From the NCBI GenBank assembly GCA_947259315.1, contig CAMYLR010000019.1:1252-65251 (forward strand): a stretch of 64,000 nt of DNA. The letters run 5' to 3'. Source of the DNA: an uncultured Gemmatimonadales bacterium. GTDB taxonomy: Bacteria > Gemmatimonadota > Gemmatimonadetes > JACCXV01 > JAHWKZ01. How positions within the stretch are numbered: the stretch's first letter is position 1; each line of letters opens with the position of its first letter. Of the stretch, positions 1-9,531 are shown one piece after another. The notes under the pieces were generated by a model. It did no database searches. It was not told the origin of the DNA and saw only the letters and a list, made by a program, of their open reading frames with translations. Position numbers and translations under genes: made by a program.

Positions 1-723
1 ACCAAGCCGTCGCGGCAACCCGGCGACGTTCTCACTCCAGGCGCCTGCCGCGATCACCACCAGGCTCGCCGACTCATGGTCTACGGCGCCGCCGGCTCGC
101 TCCAGCCGTACACCGGTGACCCGCCCGGCTGCCGTTTCGATCCCCACAACTTGGCAGTTCAACTCGAGTCGTATGCGAGGGTCATCGACAACAGCCCGTG
201 CGGCTGCACCGACCAACGCCACCGAGTCGACCTGGTGGTCATCCGGGAGCAACAACCCACCCTCGGTGCGGGACGCCAACGCGGGCTCCAATCGGCGGGC
301 TTGTTCGCCATCGACGAACTCGGCCGACAGATCAGCGGCCGCGTGGGCGGCAGCCGCCGTAGCCAGCGCCTCGGCCCGTATCGAATCCGTCGCGACGACG
401 AGCGTGCCGCGGGTTCGGTACTCGATCTCCAATCCCGTTTCGCGCATCAATGAATCGACCAGTCCCGGGTACCAATCCCGCCCGGCAAGACAGAACGCCA
501 GCATCGCCTCGGCTCGAGTCGAACTCTCGGCGAGCAACCCCTCGGCGGCCTCCATTTGGGGAGAGAGCATCCCCGCCGCTGCGGTCGACGCACGCTGACC
601 CAGCTCGGGATCGCGCTCGATTAGCACAACACCTAACCCGTGAGCCGCCAACGCCCGTGCAACGAGGCACCCGACCAGCCCACCACCGACGACTAAAGCT
701 TCGATATCGCTCCGGTAGACCAT
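1..723 (-). CDS. FAD-dependent oxidoreductase, glycine oxidase ThiO / D-amino-acid oxidase family (N-terminal part; C-terminus outside the window)
   Basis: Minus-strand translation from the ATG at 721-723 reads MVYRSDIEALVVGGGLVGCLVARALAAHGLGVVLIERD (GxGxxG FAD Rossmann) and stays open to position 1. The ORF track omits it because the stop lies beyond the window edge. Confidence 0.6.
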   Translation of the reverse strand, partial: MVYRSDIEALVVGGGLVGCLVARALAAHGLGVVLIERDPELGQRASTAAAGMLSPQMEAAEGLLAESSTRAEAMLAFCLAGRDWYPGLVDSLMRETGLEIEYRTRGTLVVATDSIRAEALATAAAAHAAADLSAEFVDGEQARRLEPALASRTEGGLLLPDDHQVDSVALVGAAARAVVDDPRIRLELNCQVVGIETAAGRVTGVRLERAGGAVDHESASLVVIAAGAWSENVAGLPRRLG

Positions 724-756
724 TGCAGAACCGATCCTTATCTTGATTCGCCTGCC

Positions 757-1644
757 ATGAAGATCATCGCGAACCCGCGCGCCGGGCACGGGAGGGGCGA
801 GAAGAACGTAGCGCAGCTCGCACGCATTATCCGGCGCCGCGGCCTTGATTGCAGACCGGTCCTGACCGAACACCCCGGCCATGCCACCGAGCTGGCCCGG
901 TGCGCGGCCGAAGCGGCCGAAGCGCGCCTGGTAGTGATGGGCGGCGACGGGACGGTCGGCGAGGTTGTGGAAGGGCTAGTCGGCACCAATACCGAGTTAG
1001 CGGTAGTCTCGGTGGGGACCGGCAATGACGTGGCCCGGAGCCTTGGCCTCCCGCTCAACGACATCGAGGCTGGACTCGACCTGGCGATCAGCGGATCGGC
1101 GATCGCGATCGATGTCGGCCGCGAGCGTGATCGTCACTTCATTTCCGTGCTTGGTCTCGGGTTCCCGACGATTGTGGCCGACGCAGCGAACCGTGCGCGT
1201 TGGCTCAGAGGACCACCGGCTTTTTTTGTTTCTGTCTACAAGGGTCTGTACCGCTTGCGTCCCGTGCATCTCGTGATCGAGCTCGATGATCAAACCCTGG
1301 AGCTGGAGTCGGTCGCAGTCATGATTCAGAACACGCCCTACACCGGGGGCGGGCTCCATATGGCCCCGGGGGCGGAGATCGATGATGGCTTGCTGGATAT
1401 CGTCGTGGTTGACGACATCGGCCGACTCGACCTGATGCTCAACTTTCCGAAGGTCTATCGCGGGAAACACCTCGATCACCCTAGCTTTAAGCTCTACCAG
1501 TCCCGAACGGTGCGCATCACGTCACCGGAGCCAATGCCGAAGATGTTCGATGGCGACGTGATAGGCAGCTCACCGCTCGAGGCTTCGGTGGTACCACGAT
1601 CACTCAGGGTCGTCGTGGGCCCATCGTCATCCAACGGAGGCTGA
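757..1644 (+). CDS. Diacylglycerol-kinase catalytic-domain lipid kinase (YegS/BmrU-like)
   Basis: Contains the GGDGTV motif and DAGK_cat-like architecture (NPRAGHGRG...VVMGGDGTVGEVVEGL). It is the first gene of a plus-strand operon; the next gene starts 6 nt downstream. Confidence 0.8.
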   Translation: MKIIANPRAGHGRGEKNVAQLARIIRRRGLDCRPVLTEHPGHATELARCAAEAAEARLVVMGGDGTVGEVVEGLVGTNTELAVVSVGTGNDVARSLGLPLNDIEAGLDLAISGSAIAIDVGRERDRHFISVLGLGFPTIVADAANRARWLRGPPAFFVSVYKGLYRLRPVHLVIELDDQTLELESVAVMIQNTPYTGGGLHMAPGAEIDDGLLDIVVVDDIGRLDLMLNFPKVYRGKHLDHPSFKLYQSRTVRITSPEPMPKMFDGDVIGSSPLEASVVPRSLRVVVGPSSSNGG

Positions 1645-1649
1645 CCCGG

Positions 1650-4600
1650 GTGGACACGATCTCCGAATTCTTGCACGGTAAACAGCTGCTCGTCACAGGC
1701 GCCACCGGGTTCCTGGGTCAACCGTTGGTAGAGAAGATCCTCTGGGCAGCACCCGATGTCGAACGCATCAACGTGTTGATTCGCCCCAAGCGGAAGTTCG
1801 GCGGTCGGATTCAAACGCCCGCTGAGCGGCTGCGCCGTGAGCTGTTTCAGTCCAGCGTCTTTGATCGGCTGCGCTATCGGCACGGCGAACAACTCGAACG
1901 CTTCTTGGCTCAGAAACTCCACGCCGTAGCTGGCGACATATCGGAGGATGGCCTGGGAATCGATTCCACCGTCCGGGCTCAGCTCGAACGCGAACTCGAC
2001 GTGGTAATCAACAGCGCAGCGGTGGTCTCGTTCGACGCGCCGTTGGACGACGCCCTAGATCTGAACACGCTTGGAGCGGGACGGGTGACCGACTTCACCG
2101 CTTCTTGCCAGCGGGCTGTACTGATCCACGTTTCGACAGCCTACGTCTGCGGGGCCACAGACGAACCCGTCCCCGAGACGTTTCATCACGCCGCCGATTC
2201 CGACGAACCGTTCCCGATGCGTCAGTTTACGGATCCAGAACGCGATATAGCGCGGATCCGGGAGATCATCACTGCCGTACGCGAACAAGGCCAGGGTGCC
2301 GACGTGCGCCGTGAGCTTGTCCAAGCGCTCGTCCAACGCCGACGCGGCCGTGGTGCCGGGCGAGCTGAGCCGCGACGCGAGATGATACAGAACCTCCGCA
2401 GTCGATGGATTCAGAACCGGCTGACGGAAGAAGGCATGAAGTGGGCTCGGGAACGAGGCTGGAACGACACCTACACGTACACAAAGGCGCTCGGTGAACA
2501 GGTTGTTCTGAGACAACGCGGTGACTTGCCAGTCGCAGTCGTGCGACCGGCGATCATCGAGAGCAGCCTGGCTGAGCCCAGCCCGGGCTGGCTAGACGGA
2601 TTGCGAATGGCTGACCCGTTGATCGCGGCCATCGGAAAGGGACGGTTACGATCCCTACCGTTGAACCCCAAAGTGACGCTCGACCTCGTTCCCGCCGACA
2701 TGGTCGTCAATACGATCTTGGCGGCAATGCCGAAGTTGGCCCAGGAGCGTGGGATAGCGATTTATCAAGTGGCTACCGGGTCGCGAAACCCGGTCACGAT
2801 GGGTCGCCTTCACGATCTCATCGTGCGGTACTTCACCGCGAATCCGATGCTGGACAAGAACGACCAGCCGATCCGGGTCAAGCCGCTGACGTTCCCCGAA
2901 CCGGAACAGTTTCGGCTGATGTATCGGGCCAGGGCGGAGCCACTCAAACGAGTCGAGCGTATGCTCCGACGTTTGGTCGCCTGGGGCGTGCTCAACAAGC
3001 AAAGTCAAAAATACCGACGCCGCCTCGCTGCCCGCCTCGCAGCGATGGAGACCCTCTACTACTACGGCGAACTGTACGAGCCGTACCTGAACCTCGATTG
3101 CCAGTTCAAGATCGACAACACGATGCAGCTGCTCGAGGAGCTGACCGAGGAAGAGCGGAGTCGTTACAACTTCGATGTCACAAGGATCAACTGGCCCCAC
3201 TACATGCACGTCCACATCGCCGGGGTCAAGAAGCACATCCTGAAAGTAGAACGCGCGGGAACGCTTGAGCTCGATGACGAGGCTGCCGCCCAACGAGCGT
3301 CCATTTCGACCATCAACGACTTGTTGAGACAATCGGCCGAGAAGTTTCCCGATCGAACCGCACTGCAGATGAAGAGGGACGGCCAGTGGGTCCAGATCAC
3401 CTACGCCGACCTGAAGGAGCGATCCGAAGAAATCGGCGAGCGGTTCCGGAGGCTCGGGTTTCACAAAGGTGATCGTGTGGTCCTCTACTCGGAGAACCAA
3501 CCCGAATGGGGCCTCGCCTACATGGGGGCGGCATCGATCGGACTGGTTGTTGTCCCACTCGATGCCCAGACATGGCACCGGGAGGTGTGGTCCACGGCCA
3601 AGTTTGTAGGCGCGCAGGCTATGCTCGCCTCAGAGTCGTGCTTCGATCGCTTGGCACCTGAAGGGTTGGAACAGAACGAACGGTCCGATGCGCCGATGCT
3701 GGTGCTCAACGTTGACCACAGCTGTCGACCTTTTGACCTCGACAGCTACCCCAGAAGCACCCGTCCAGCAGAGAAAGAACCGCCGGCCTTGAACAAGGCC
3801 GATCGGGTGCGACCCGACGATCCGGCGTCGATCATCTTCACCACCGGAACTGCGGTGGATCCGCGGGGCGCAATACACACACATCGCAATTTCTTGAACA
3901 ACCTGTTCGGTGTCAGCCGAACGCTATCGGTTAGCGAGCACGACCGATTGCTTTCGGTGCTCCCCCTCTATCATGCCTTGGAGTTCACATGCGGATTCCT
4001 CACACCTATCTACCACGGTGGGACGGTCAGCTATGCACAATCTCTGAAACCCAAGGTGATTTTGGAGACGATGCGCGAGACTGGCACCACGATCATGCTT
4101 GGGGTGCCAACACTGTACGCGCTCATTCGCGACGATCTCGAGCGGCGCGTTCTGCGGGCCGGGAAATCGCCGCTACGCTCAAACTTGATGGAGACGACCA
4201 AGCAGATAAGCCGTTCATGGGAGCGAACGTTTAACCGCAACATAGGCCGTCAGATCTTCAGTCGAGTTCATCAGGAGCTGGGCGGCAGCGTACGGTTCTT
4301 CGTAAGTGGTGGGTCCGCGCTCGGTGCGGAGCTATACGACGACTATCGCGCGATGGGCCTAACGATCTACGAGGGTTACGGACTCACCGAGACGGCTCCA
4401 GTTCTGACCGTCAACCCGTTGTATCAGAGTCGTCCCGCTTCATGCGGCAAACCACTGCCGGGTATCGAACTGAGACTCTACCACACGGACAACGAAGGTG
4501 TTGGTGAGATCATCGTTCAGAGTCCCAGCTTGATGAACAGTTACTACAACAACGTCGAGGCTAGCGAACGCGTCATGGTGGACGGATGGTTCCACACAGG

Positions 4601-6053
4601 CGATCTAGGCTGGGTCGACGCTGACGGGTACCTCTACATCACGGGTCGTAAAAAAGACGTCATCGTGACGGGGGCGGGCAAGAATGTCTACCCGATGGAT
4701 CTGGAAGCTATCTACCGAGCGCTACCTTCGGTGCGGGAGATTTGTGTCGTAGGAATCCCGAGCGGCCTGACGGAGGAGGTGCACGCAATCGTCGAACCGG
4801 ACCCGGCTCTGCTGCACGATGCATCGGCGGACGAAGTCCAGAAGCTGATTCAGCGCGAGGTCCAGGCCCAGGGACGCGAGCTGCCGAGCTACCATCGGCT
4901 GCAACAGGTTCACCTCTGGGCAGGGTTGTTGCCGCGAACAAGCGACGGGCAGATCGATCGGACGCGATTGCGAGGCTGGATCGAGCGCACTGCGCGCGCG
5001 CGCGCTGATCTCGAAACACCCACGGTCGCCAGCGGACCCGGCCAACTCGAACTCAAGGCCCAACTGTACGACGAGCTCGCGCGCCTCTCGGGTCGACCAC
5101 TCGAAGAGATCACGCCAGCCACTCATCTGTACGAAGATCTGGGGCTCGATTCACTCCGGGCGATCGAGCTCTTCTTGCTCGTCGAGCATGCGATCGGCGA
5201 AACGCTAGACGACGAAGCAGCGGCGGAAGTCGAAACGGTGGAGCAGCTGTTGGCGATCGTGGCCCCGGAGAAAAAGGTGCGGGAGAAGCTGGGCGCAATG
5301 CAGCCTGAACCCGCGCTTCGCTCAACCCTGCCATATCCAGAGCGCAAGGCCGTAGACCGGTGGTTGCTCGGATCCGCCGGCCGCGGACTCGAGGCCCTGT
5401 ACACATCGTACTTCGACCTCGAGCTAGTCCACACTGATCGGTTGCCGCGAAAGCGGCCGTATCTGCTCGCCGCAAACCACTCGAGCCATCTCGATGCGCC
5501 GGCCGTGCTGTCGGCCGTTCGACTCGCGCATGGCCCAGAGGCGGCGCGGTCTATCCACGTGCTCGGTGCTCGTGACTATTTCTTTGATACGACGCTGAAG
5601 GGTTGGTTCTTCAGCACGTTTCTGAACGTCGTGCCGATCGAGCGCGAAGAGACATCGTTGGCTGGGCTCAGAACCGTCAAGTCGATTCTCACGAGTGGTG
5701 AGTCGGCGCTGATCTTTCCCGAGGGGACCCGTTCGCGGAGCGGCGAAATCCAAGCGTTCAAGCCGGGTTTGGGACTGATCGCGTGGGAGCTTAGGACGCC
5801 CATAGTGCCGGTCTACATATCCGGAACGCACGACGCGTTGCCCGTCGGCCGAAACCTACCCCGCAGGCAACGGGTCAGGATCGAGTTTGGCTATCCAATA
5901 ACGATGGACGCGTACGATAAAGTCAGGGATCGGCTTCCGAATAACCGGCTCTACCGCGAGATTGCCGCTGACGTGCGGAATACGATCGTGAGCATGTCGG
6001 ATGGCCAACCAGATCCCGACAGCGGTAATGGCGCTGGTGGTCGAGCCGAATGA
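1650..6053 (+). CDS. ElbD-like multifunctional lipid enzyme: fatty acyl-CoA reductase (NAD_binding_4 + FAR C-terminal domain) - AMP-dependent fatty acyl ligase - ACP (PP-binding) - 1-acyl-glycerol-3-phosphate-type acyltransferase (PlsC)
   Basis: The 1467-aa ORF is uninterrupted. The N-terminus has LVTGATGFLGQPLVEKIL (Rossmann of male-sterility/FAR reductases). The middle has FTTGTAVDPRGAIHTHRNF, YEGYGLTETAPV and GWFHTGDLGWVDADGYLYITGRKKDVIV (AMP-binding core motifs). Next comes LYEDLGLDSLRAIELFLLVE (phosphopantetheine-attachment Ser). The C-terminus has LLAANHSSHLD (HX4D) and FPEGTRSRSGE (PlsC motifs). Confidence 0.85.
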   Translation: MDTISEFLHGKQLLVTGATGFLGQPLVEKILWAAPDVERINVLIRPKRKFGGRIQTPAERLRRELFQSSVFDRLRYRHGEQLERFLAQKLHAVAGDISEDGLGIDSTVRAQLERELDVVINSAAVVSFDAPLDDALDLNTLGAGRVTDFTASCQRAVLIHVSTAYVCGATDEPVPETFHHAADSDEPFPMRQFTDPERDIARIREIITAVREQGQGADVRRELVQALVQRRRGRGAGRAEPRREMIQNLRSRWIQNRLTEEGMKWARERGWNDTYTYTKALGEQVVLRQRGDLPVAVVRPAIIESSLAEPSPGWLDGLRMADPLIAAIGKGRLRSLPLNPKVTLDLVPADMVVNTILAAMPKLAQERGIAIYQVATGSRNPVTMGRLHDLIVRYFTANPMLDKNDQPIRVKPLTFPEPEQFRLMYRARAEPLKRVERMLRRLVAWGVLNKQSQKYRRRLAARLAAMETLYYYGELYEPYLNLDCQFKIDNTMQLLEELTEEERSRYNFDVTRINWPHYMHVHIAGVKKHILKVERAGTLELDDEAAAQRASISTINDLLRQSAEKFPDRTALQMKRDGQWVQITYADLKERSEEIGERFRRLGFHKGDRVVLYSENQPEWGLAYMGAASIGLVVVPLDAQTWHREVWSTAKFVGAQAMLASESCFDRLAPEGLEQNERSDAPMLVLNVDHSCRPFDLDSYPRSTRPAEKEPPALNKADRVRPDDPASIIFTTGTAVDPRGAIHTHRNFLNNLFGVSRTLSVSEHDRLLSVLPLYHALEFTCGFLTPIYHGGTVSYAQSLKPKVILETMRETGTTIMLGVPTLYALIRDDLERRVLRAGKSPLRSNLMETTKQISRSWERTFNRNIGRQIFSRVHQELGGSVRFFVSGGSALGAELYDDYRAMGLTIYEGYGLTETAPVLTVNPLYQSRPASCGKPLPGIELRLYHTDNEGVGEIIVQSPSLMNSYYNNVEASERVMVDGWFHTGDLGWVDADGYLYITGRKKDVIVTGAGKNVYPMDLEAIYRALPSVREICVVGIPSGLTEEVHAIVEPDPALLHDASADEVQKLIQREVQAQGRELPSYHRLQQVHLWAGLLPRTSDGQIDRTRLRGWIERTARARADLETPTVASGPGQLELKAQLYDELARLSGRPLEEITPATHLYEDLGLDSLRAIELFLLVEHAIGETLDDEAAAEVETVEQLLAIVAPEKKVREKLGAMQPEPALRSTLPYPERKAVDRWLLGSAGRGLEALYTSYFDLELVHTDRLPRKRPYLLAANHSSHLDAPAVLSAVRLAHGPEAARSIHVLGARDYFFDTTLKGWFFSTFLNVVPIEREETSLAGLRTVKSILTSGESALIFPEGTRSRSGEIQAFKPGLGLIAWELRTPIVPVYISGTHDALPVGRNLPRRQRVRIEFGYPITMDAYDKVRDRLPNNRLYREIAADVRNTIVSMSDGQPDPDSGNGAGGRAE

Positions 6054-6748
6054 GGCAGAAAGGAGCTTTTTTTGACGTCGATGGTACCCTGGTCGCGAGC
6101 AACATCGTTCGCTATGGCGTCGAGATCCGGACGAGCGGCATGGGGCCCGGTCAGCGAAAGCTCTGGACAGCGGCGTTTCTGCCGCGAATCCCTTACTACC
6201 TAGCACTCGACAGCTTTAGCCGAAAAGCGTTCCAGCGAGCGTTCTATCGCACCTACCGGTCTGTGTCCCCGGAAGAATTGCGGCAGCGCGCTGAGGAGCT
6301 GTTCGAGCATCACATTCGCCCGCGCCTTCTTCCGGCCGCAGTCGCGAGAGTCGCCGAACACCGCGATCGAGGCGATCATGTAGTCTTGGTCTCTGGCTCG
6401 TTGGAGGAGATCGTTCAACCGGTGGCCGCGCACTTGGAAGTCGACAACATCATTGCCGTTCGGCTGCGTATAAGCGATGGTGCTCACACCGGTGAACTCG
6501 AGGGAGAACCCCTCGCCGGCGAGACAAAAGCGGATGCGGTTTCAGAATACGCGGCCGAGAACCGAATCTCGCTCTCGCGATCGTCGGCGTACGCAGACAG
6601 CCTGGATGACGTGCCAATGCTTGAAACGGTCGGCCGGCCCGCAGTGGTCAATCCTGGGCGTCGTCTGCTTCAGACTGCCCGTGCCCGCGGCTGGGGGGTG
6701 TACGTGTGGGATAGCACCATTCCTGGAACCGCACCCCAGGTTCGCTGA
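6050..6748 (+). CDS. HAD-superfamily hydrolase (HAD-IB / phosphoserine-phosphatase-like)
   Basis: N-terminal FFDVDGTLV (DxDGT motif I). It overlaps the upstream megasynthase stop by 4 nt, indicating translational coupling. Confidence 0.7.
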   Translation: MRQKGAFFDVDGTLVASNIVRYGVEIRTSGMGPGQRKLWTAAFLPRIPYYLALDSFSRKAFQRAFYRTYRSVSPEELRQRAEELFEHHIRPRLLPAAVARVAEHRDRGDHVVLVSGSLEEIVQPVAAHLEVDNIIAVRLRISDGAHTGELEGEPLAGETKADAVSEYAAENRISLSRSSAYADSLDDVPMLETVGRPAVVNPGRRLLQTARARGWGVYVWDSTIPGTAPQVR

Positions 6749-6756
6749 TCGAGACC

Positions 6757-7977
6757 GTGCTGGCACTCGAGTACGTCCGCAGTGTGCCCCGGTTTCTGGC
6801 CACCCGGGCTCTCGGTCGACGCCGACCGGGGATCGGAACCTCGAAGCTCGGCGTAGTGCGCCTAACCGAAGTCGAGCCACCTCCGCTGCCAAGCCCCGAG
6901 TGGACGCGAGTAAGACCGATCTTGAGCGGGATCTGTGGGTCTGATCTGGCCACGATCTCGGCCCAGGGCAGCCCGTATTTCTCACCGCTGACCTCGACCC
7001 CGTTTGTTTTTGGACACGAGGTCGTCGGTGTCGTTGATGAAACCGGCGAGAACGTGACCTCCGTGCGAACCGGCGACCGCGTCTGTCTCGCGCCTCCGCT
7101 TCACTGCGCGATTCGTGGCATCGAAGATCTTTGCGCTGCATGTCGCGACGGCGACCTCGGCCACTGTCGCAACGTCACCCGCGGAGTGATTGGGGCCGGT
7201 ATCCAGACCGGGTACTGCCGTGATACAGGCGGCGGCTGGAGCCAGGGGTTCGTGGCCCACCAGTCGCAGCTGCACCGGGTCCCCGAGGGGTTATCCGACG
7301 CTGGGGCGGTGCTGGTCGAGCCGCTCGCCTGCTGTCTGAGCTCGGTTCAACAAGCACCGCTCGACGAAAACGATACCGTCGTCGTATTCGGCTGTGGGAC
7401 GATCGGCGTGCTCACGATTGCGGCGCTGCGATACGTGGGACCCAGTTGTCGTGTGATAGCGGTCGCCAAGTACCCCTACCAAGCGGATGTCGCGCGCCGT
7501 CTCGGGGCCGACCTCGTGGTGTCGACCGGCAGTGGAATGCGCGACCGCTTGGCGCGTGCGATCGGAGCGGAGCTCTTGCAGCCGGAGATAGGCCCACCGG
7601 TGGCGATCGGAGGTGCTGCGGTCGTCTTTGACTGCGTAGGCTCGGGGATCACGATCGACGACGCGATGCGCTTTACCCAAGCCAGAGGCGCCGTTATCGT
7701 GGTCGGCATGCCTGGCGTACCTCGTGGAATCGATTGGACGGCGATGTGGCACAAGGAGCTCGAAGTGCGCGGCAGCTACACGGCTGACGCAAACACCTTT
7801 GATCGGACGCTGTCACTCGCTACCGAACTAGACGACCAGCTCGCACCACTGGTTGGCGCCCGCTTTTCGCTCACCGACTACCGTGAGGCGATTCAGTGTG
7901 CGCTCGAGGCAGGCCGCCGCGGCGTCTCCAAGGTCGCCTTCGAGATCCACGACTCGACCGAGTCACTCGCGGGATGA
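6757..7977 (+). CDS. Zn-dependent alcohol dehydrogenase, MDR family (threonine/sorbitol/polyol dehydrogenase-like)
   Basis: GICGSDL and GHEVVGVVDE zinc-ligand motifs plus a GxGxxG (FGCGTIG) Rossmann. The true start is probably internal, around 6850 (KLGVVRLTEVEPP resembles the usual MKAVVL N-terminus). Confidence 0.75.
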   Translation: MLALEYVRSVPRFLATRALGRRRPGIGTSKLGVVRLTEVEPPPLPSPEWTRVRPILSGICGSDLATISAQGSPYFSPLTSTPFVFGHEVVGVVDETGENVTSVRTGDRVCLAPPLHCAIRGIEDLCAACRDGDLGHCRNVTRGVIGAGIQTGYCRDTGGGWSQGFVAHQSQLHRVPEGLSDAGAVLVEPLACCLSSVQQAPLDENDTVVVFGCGTIGVLTIAALRYVGPSCRVIAVAKYPYQADVARRLGADLVVSTGSGMRDRLARAIGAELLQPEIGPPVAIGGAAVVFDCVGSGITIDDAMRFTQARGAVIVVGMPGVPRGIDWTAMWHKELEVRGSYTADANTFDRTLSLATELDDQLAPLVGARFSLTDYREAIQCALEAGRRGVSKVAFEIHDSTESLAG

Positions 7978-9524
7978 AGTACCTGACCTACTCGGGAAAC
8001 ACGCTGCTGGGAGCTGATCTGCCCGATCGAGCTACCGTTCTCTACCCGCCGCCAAAGATCGCGGGCATTCCCAAGCGCGGCATTCCGCGTGCCCTGAGGG
8101 AAGCACTGGAGGAGCCTGTCGGCATGGAGCCGCTGGCCGAACTCGTTGGGCCAAGCTCACGGGTGTTGATCGCTTTCGACGACAACTGCCAACCGTTCCC
8201 GTTGATGGCGCAGCCGGATATCCGGCAGATCATGATCACACGCCTGCTCGAGCTACTCGAAGATCAAGGCGTGAAGGAAGAGAACGTCCAACTGCGCTGC
8301 GCGGTCGCACTGCACCGCAAGATGCAGCATCACGAGTTGGTACACATGCTGGGCGAAAAGATCATGGCCCGGTTTTGGCCTGATCAACTGATGAACTTCG
8401 ATGCCGAAGATGCGGACGATATCGTCGCGCTAGGTGAGACCGACGAGGGAGAGCCTGTAGAAACGAGCCGGGCGGTAATCGAAAGCGATCTCGTCATTTA
8501 CGTCGACACCGTCCAGATCCCGCTAAACGGGGGTCACAAGTCAGTAGCCGTCGGGTTCGGTACGTACAACTCGATCGCTCCCCATCACGCACCACAAATG
8601 ACCGAGCACACGCCACACGTGATGCAACCCGACGGCTCTTGCATGCACGCGACGATACGCCGCATGAGCGAGGTTATTCAGAAACACTGTCGAATCATGG
8701 TCATCGAAGCTGCGATGAACGGAGCCACCTATCCCCAACATCTCGAGTACCTGAGCAAGTCGCCGGATCGATTGAGTTTCGCCGAACGGCTCCTGCGAAA
8801 GACAGCCCCGATGTCCATGCGGGCATTGCCAGAGCCAGCGCGAGCCAAGGTTTTTCGCGGTATACGATCCAAGTACGCGCCTATGGCGATCACCGCTGGG
8901 GCGATCGACGACGTTCATCAAGTCACGTTGGATGCACTACGACCTCAACTGGAAGTTGCGGTCGATCGGCAGTTCGACACGTTGGTCTTTGGGTTACCCG
9001 ACCTCTCACCGTACGCGATCGATGCCCGCATCAACCCCGTGCTCGTCGTCAGCGATGTCCTCGGCTACGTGTTCAACTGGTTTTGGAATCGGCCATTTAT
9101 CAAACCGGGCGGTGCGGTGATCATCTTGAACCCGGTGTTCGAGGTGTTTCACGATCGATATCACGTTGCGTACCAGCGGTTCTGGGAGGAAGTATTGCCC
9201 GCCACAACCGACCCGTTCACGATGCAAGCCGAGTTTCAAGAGTCGTTTGCGCGCGATCCCGAGTTGATCGATTGCTACCGGCATCGATTTGCTCACCACG
9301 GCTTCCATCCATTCACGGTGTGGTACTGGGCGACCTACCCACTCAAGTACTTATCCGAGACGATACTTGTGGGACCCCCGGATGATCGCGCGGCCCGGCG
9401 ATTGGGCGTATCATGGGCGCCCAACCTGGATCATGCGCTGGCACACGCGAAGGAGGTCACCGGCGGTGACGATGTGGTTGCGCTTACGATCCCGCCATTC
9501 ATGTACTTGAGCGTAACCGGCTGA
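7974..9524 (+). CDS. LarA-family protein (lactate racemase-like, DUF2088; putative nickel-pincer-nucleotide-dependent racemase/epimerase)
   Basis: The N-terminus (LYPPPKIAGIPKRGIPRALREALEEPVGMEPLAELVGPSSRVLIAFDDNCQPFP) follows the LarA N-terminal pattern (LYP...A.REAL..P.G..PL.EL.....V.I..DD.TRP.P). The start ATG at 7974 overlaps the ADH stop (ATGA). LarA is about 100 aa shorter. Confidence 0.5.
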   Translation: MKYLTYSGNTLLGADLPDRATVLYPPPKIAGIPKRGIPRALREALEEPVGMEPLAELVGPSSRVLIAFDDNCQPFPLMAQPDIRQIMITRLLELLEDQGVKEENVQLRCAVALHRKMQHHELVHMLGEKIMARFWPDQLMNFDAEDADDIVALGETDEGEPVETSRAVIESDLVIYVDTVQIPLNGGHKSVAVGFGTYNSIAPHHAPQMTEHTPHVMQPDGSCMHATIRRMSEVIQKHCRIMVIEAAMNGATYPQHLEYLSKSPDRLSFAERLLRKTAPMSMRALPEPARAKVFRGIRSKYAPMAITAGAIDDVHQVTLDALRPQLEVAVDRQFDTLVFGLPDLSPYAIDARINPVLVVSDVLGYVFNWFWNRPFIKPGGAVIILNPVFEVFHDRYHVAYQRFWEEVLPATTDPFTMQAEFQESFARDPELIDCYRHRFAHHGFHPFTVWYWATYPLKYLSETILVGPPDDRAARRLGVSWAPNLDHALAHAKEVTGGDDVVALTIPPFMYLSVTG

Positions 9525-9531
9525 AGAACAC

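Noticed and set aside
2655-3578. 307-aa minus-strand ORF, and several others, inside the 1467-aa megasynthase gene
   Set aside because: They are antisense to a continuous ORF with ordered, recognisable catalytic motifs, so they are GC-driven artefacts. The same reasoning applies to 57246-58115 within topA and 28793-29458 within the DmpA-like gene.
1650-6053. Possibility that the megasynthase is really three or four adjacent genes (FAR, FadD, ACP, PlsC)
   Set aside because: No stop codon interrupts the frame across all domain junctions, and the inter-domain linkers are short. It is treated as one ORF, pending read-level confirmation.
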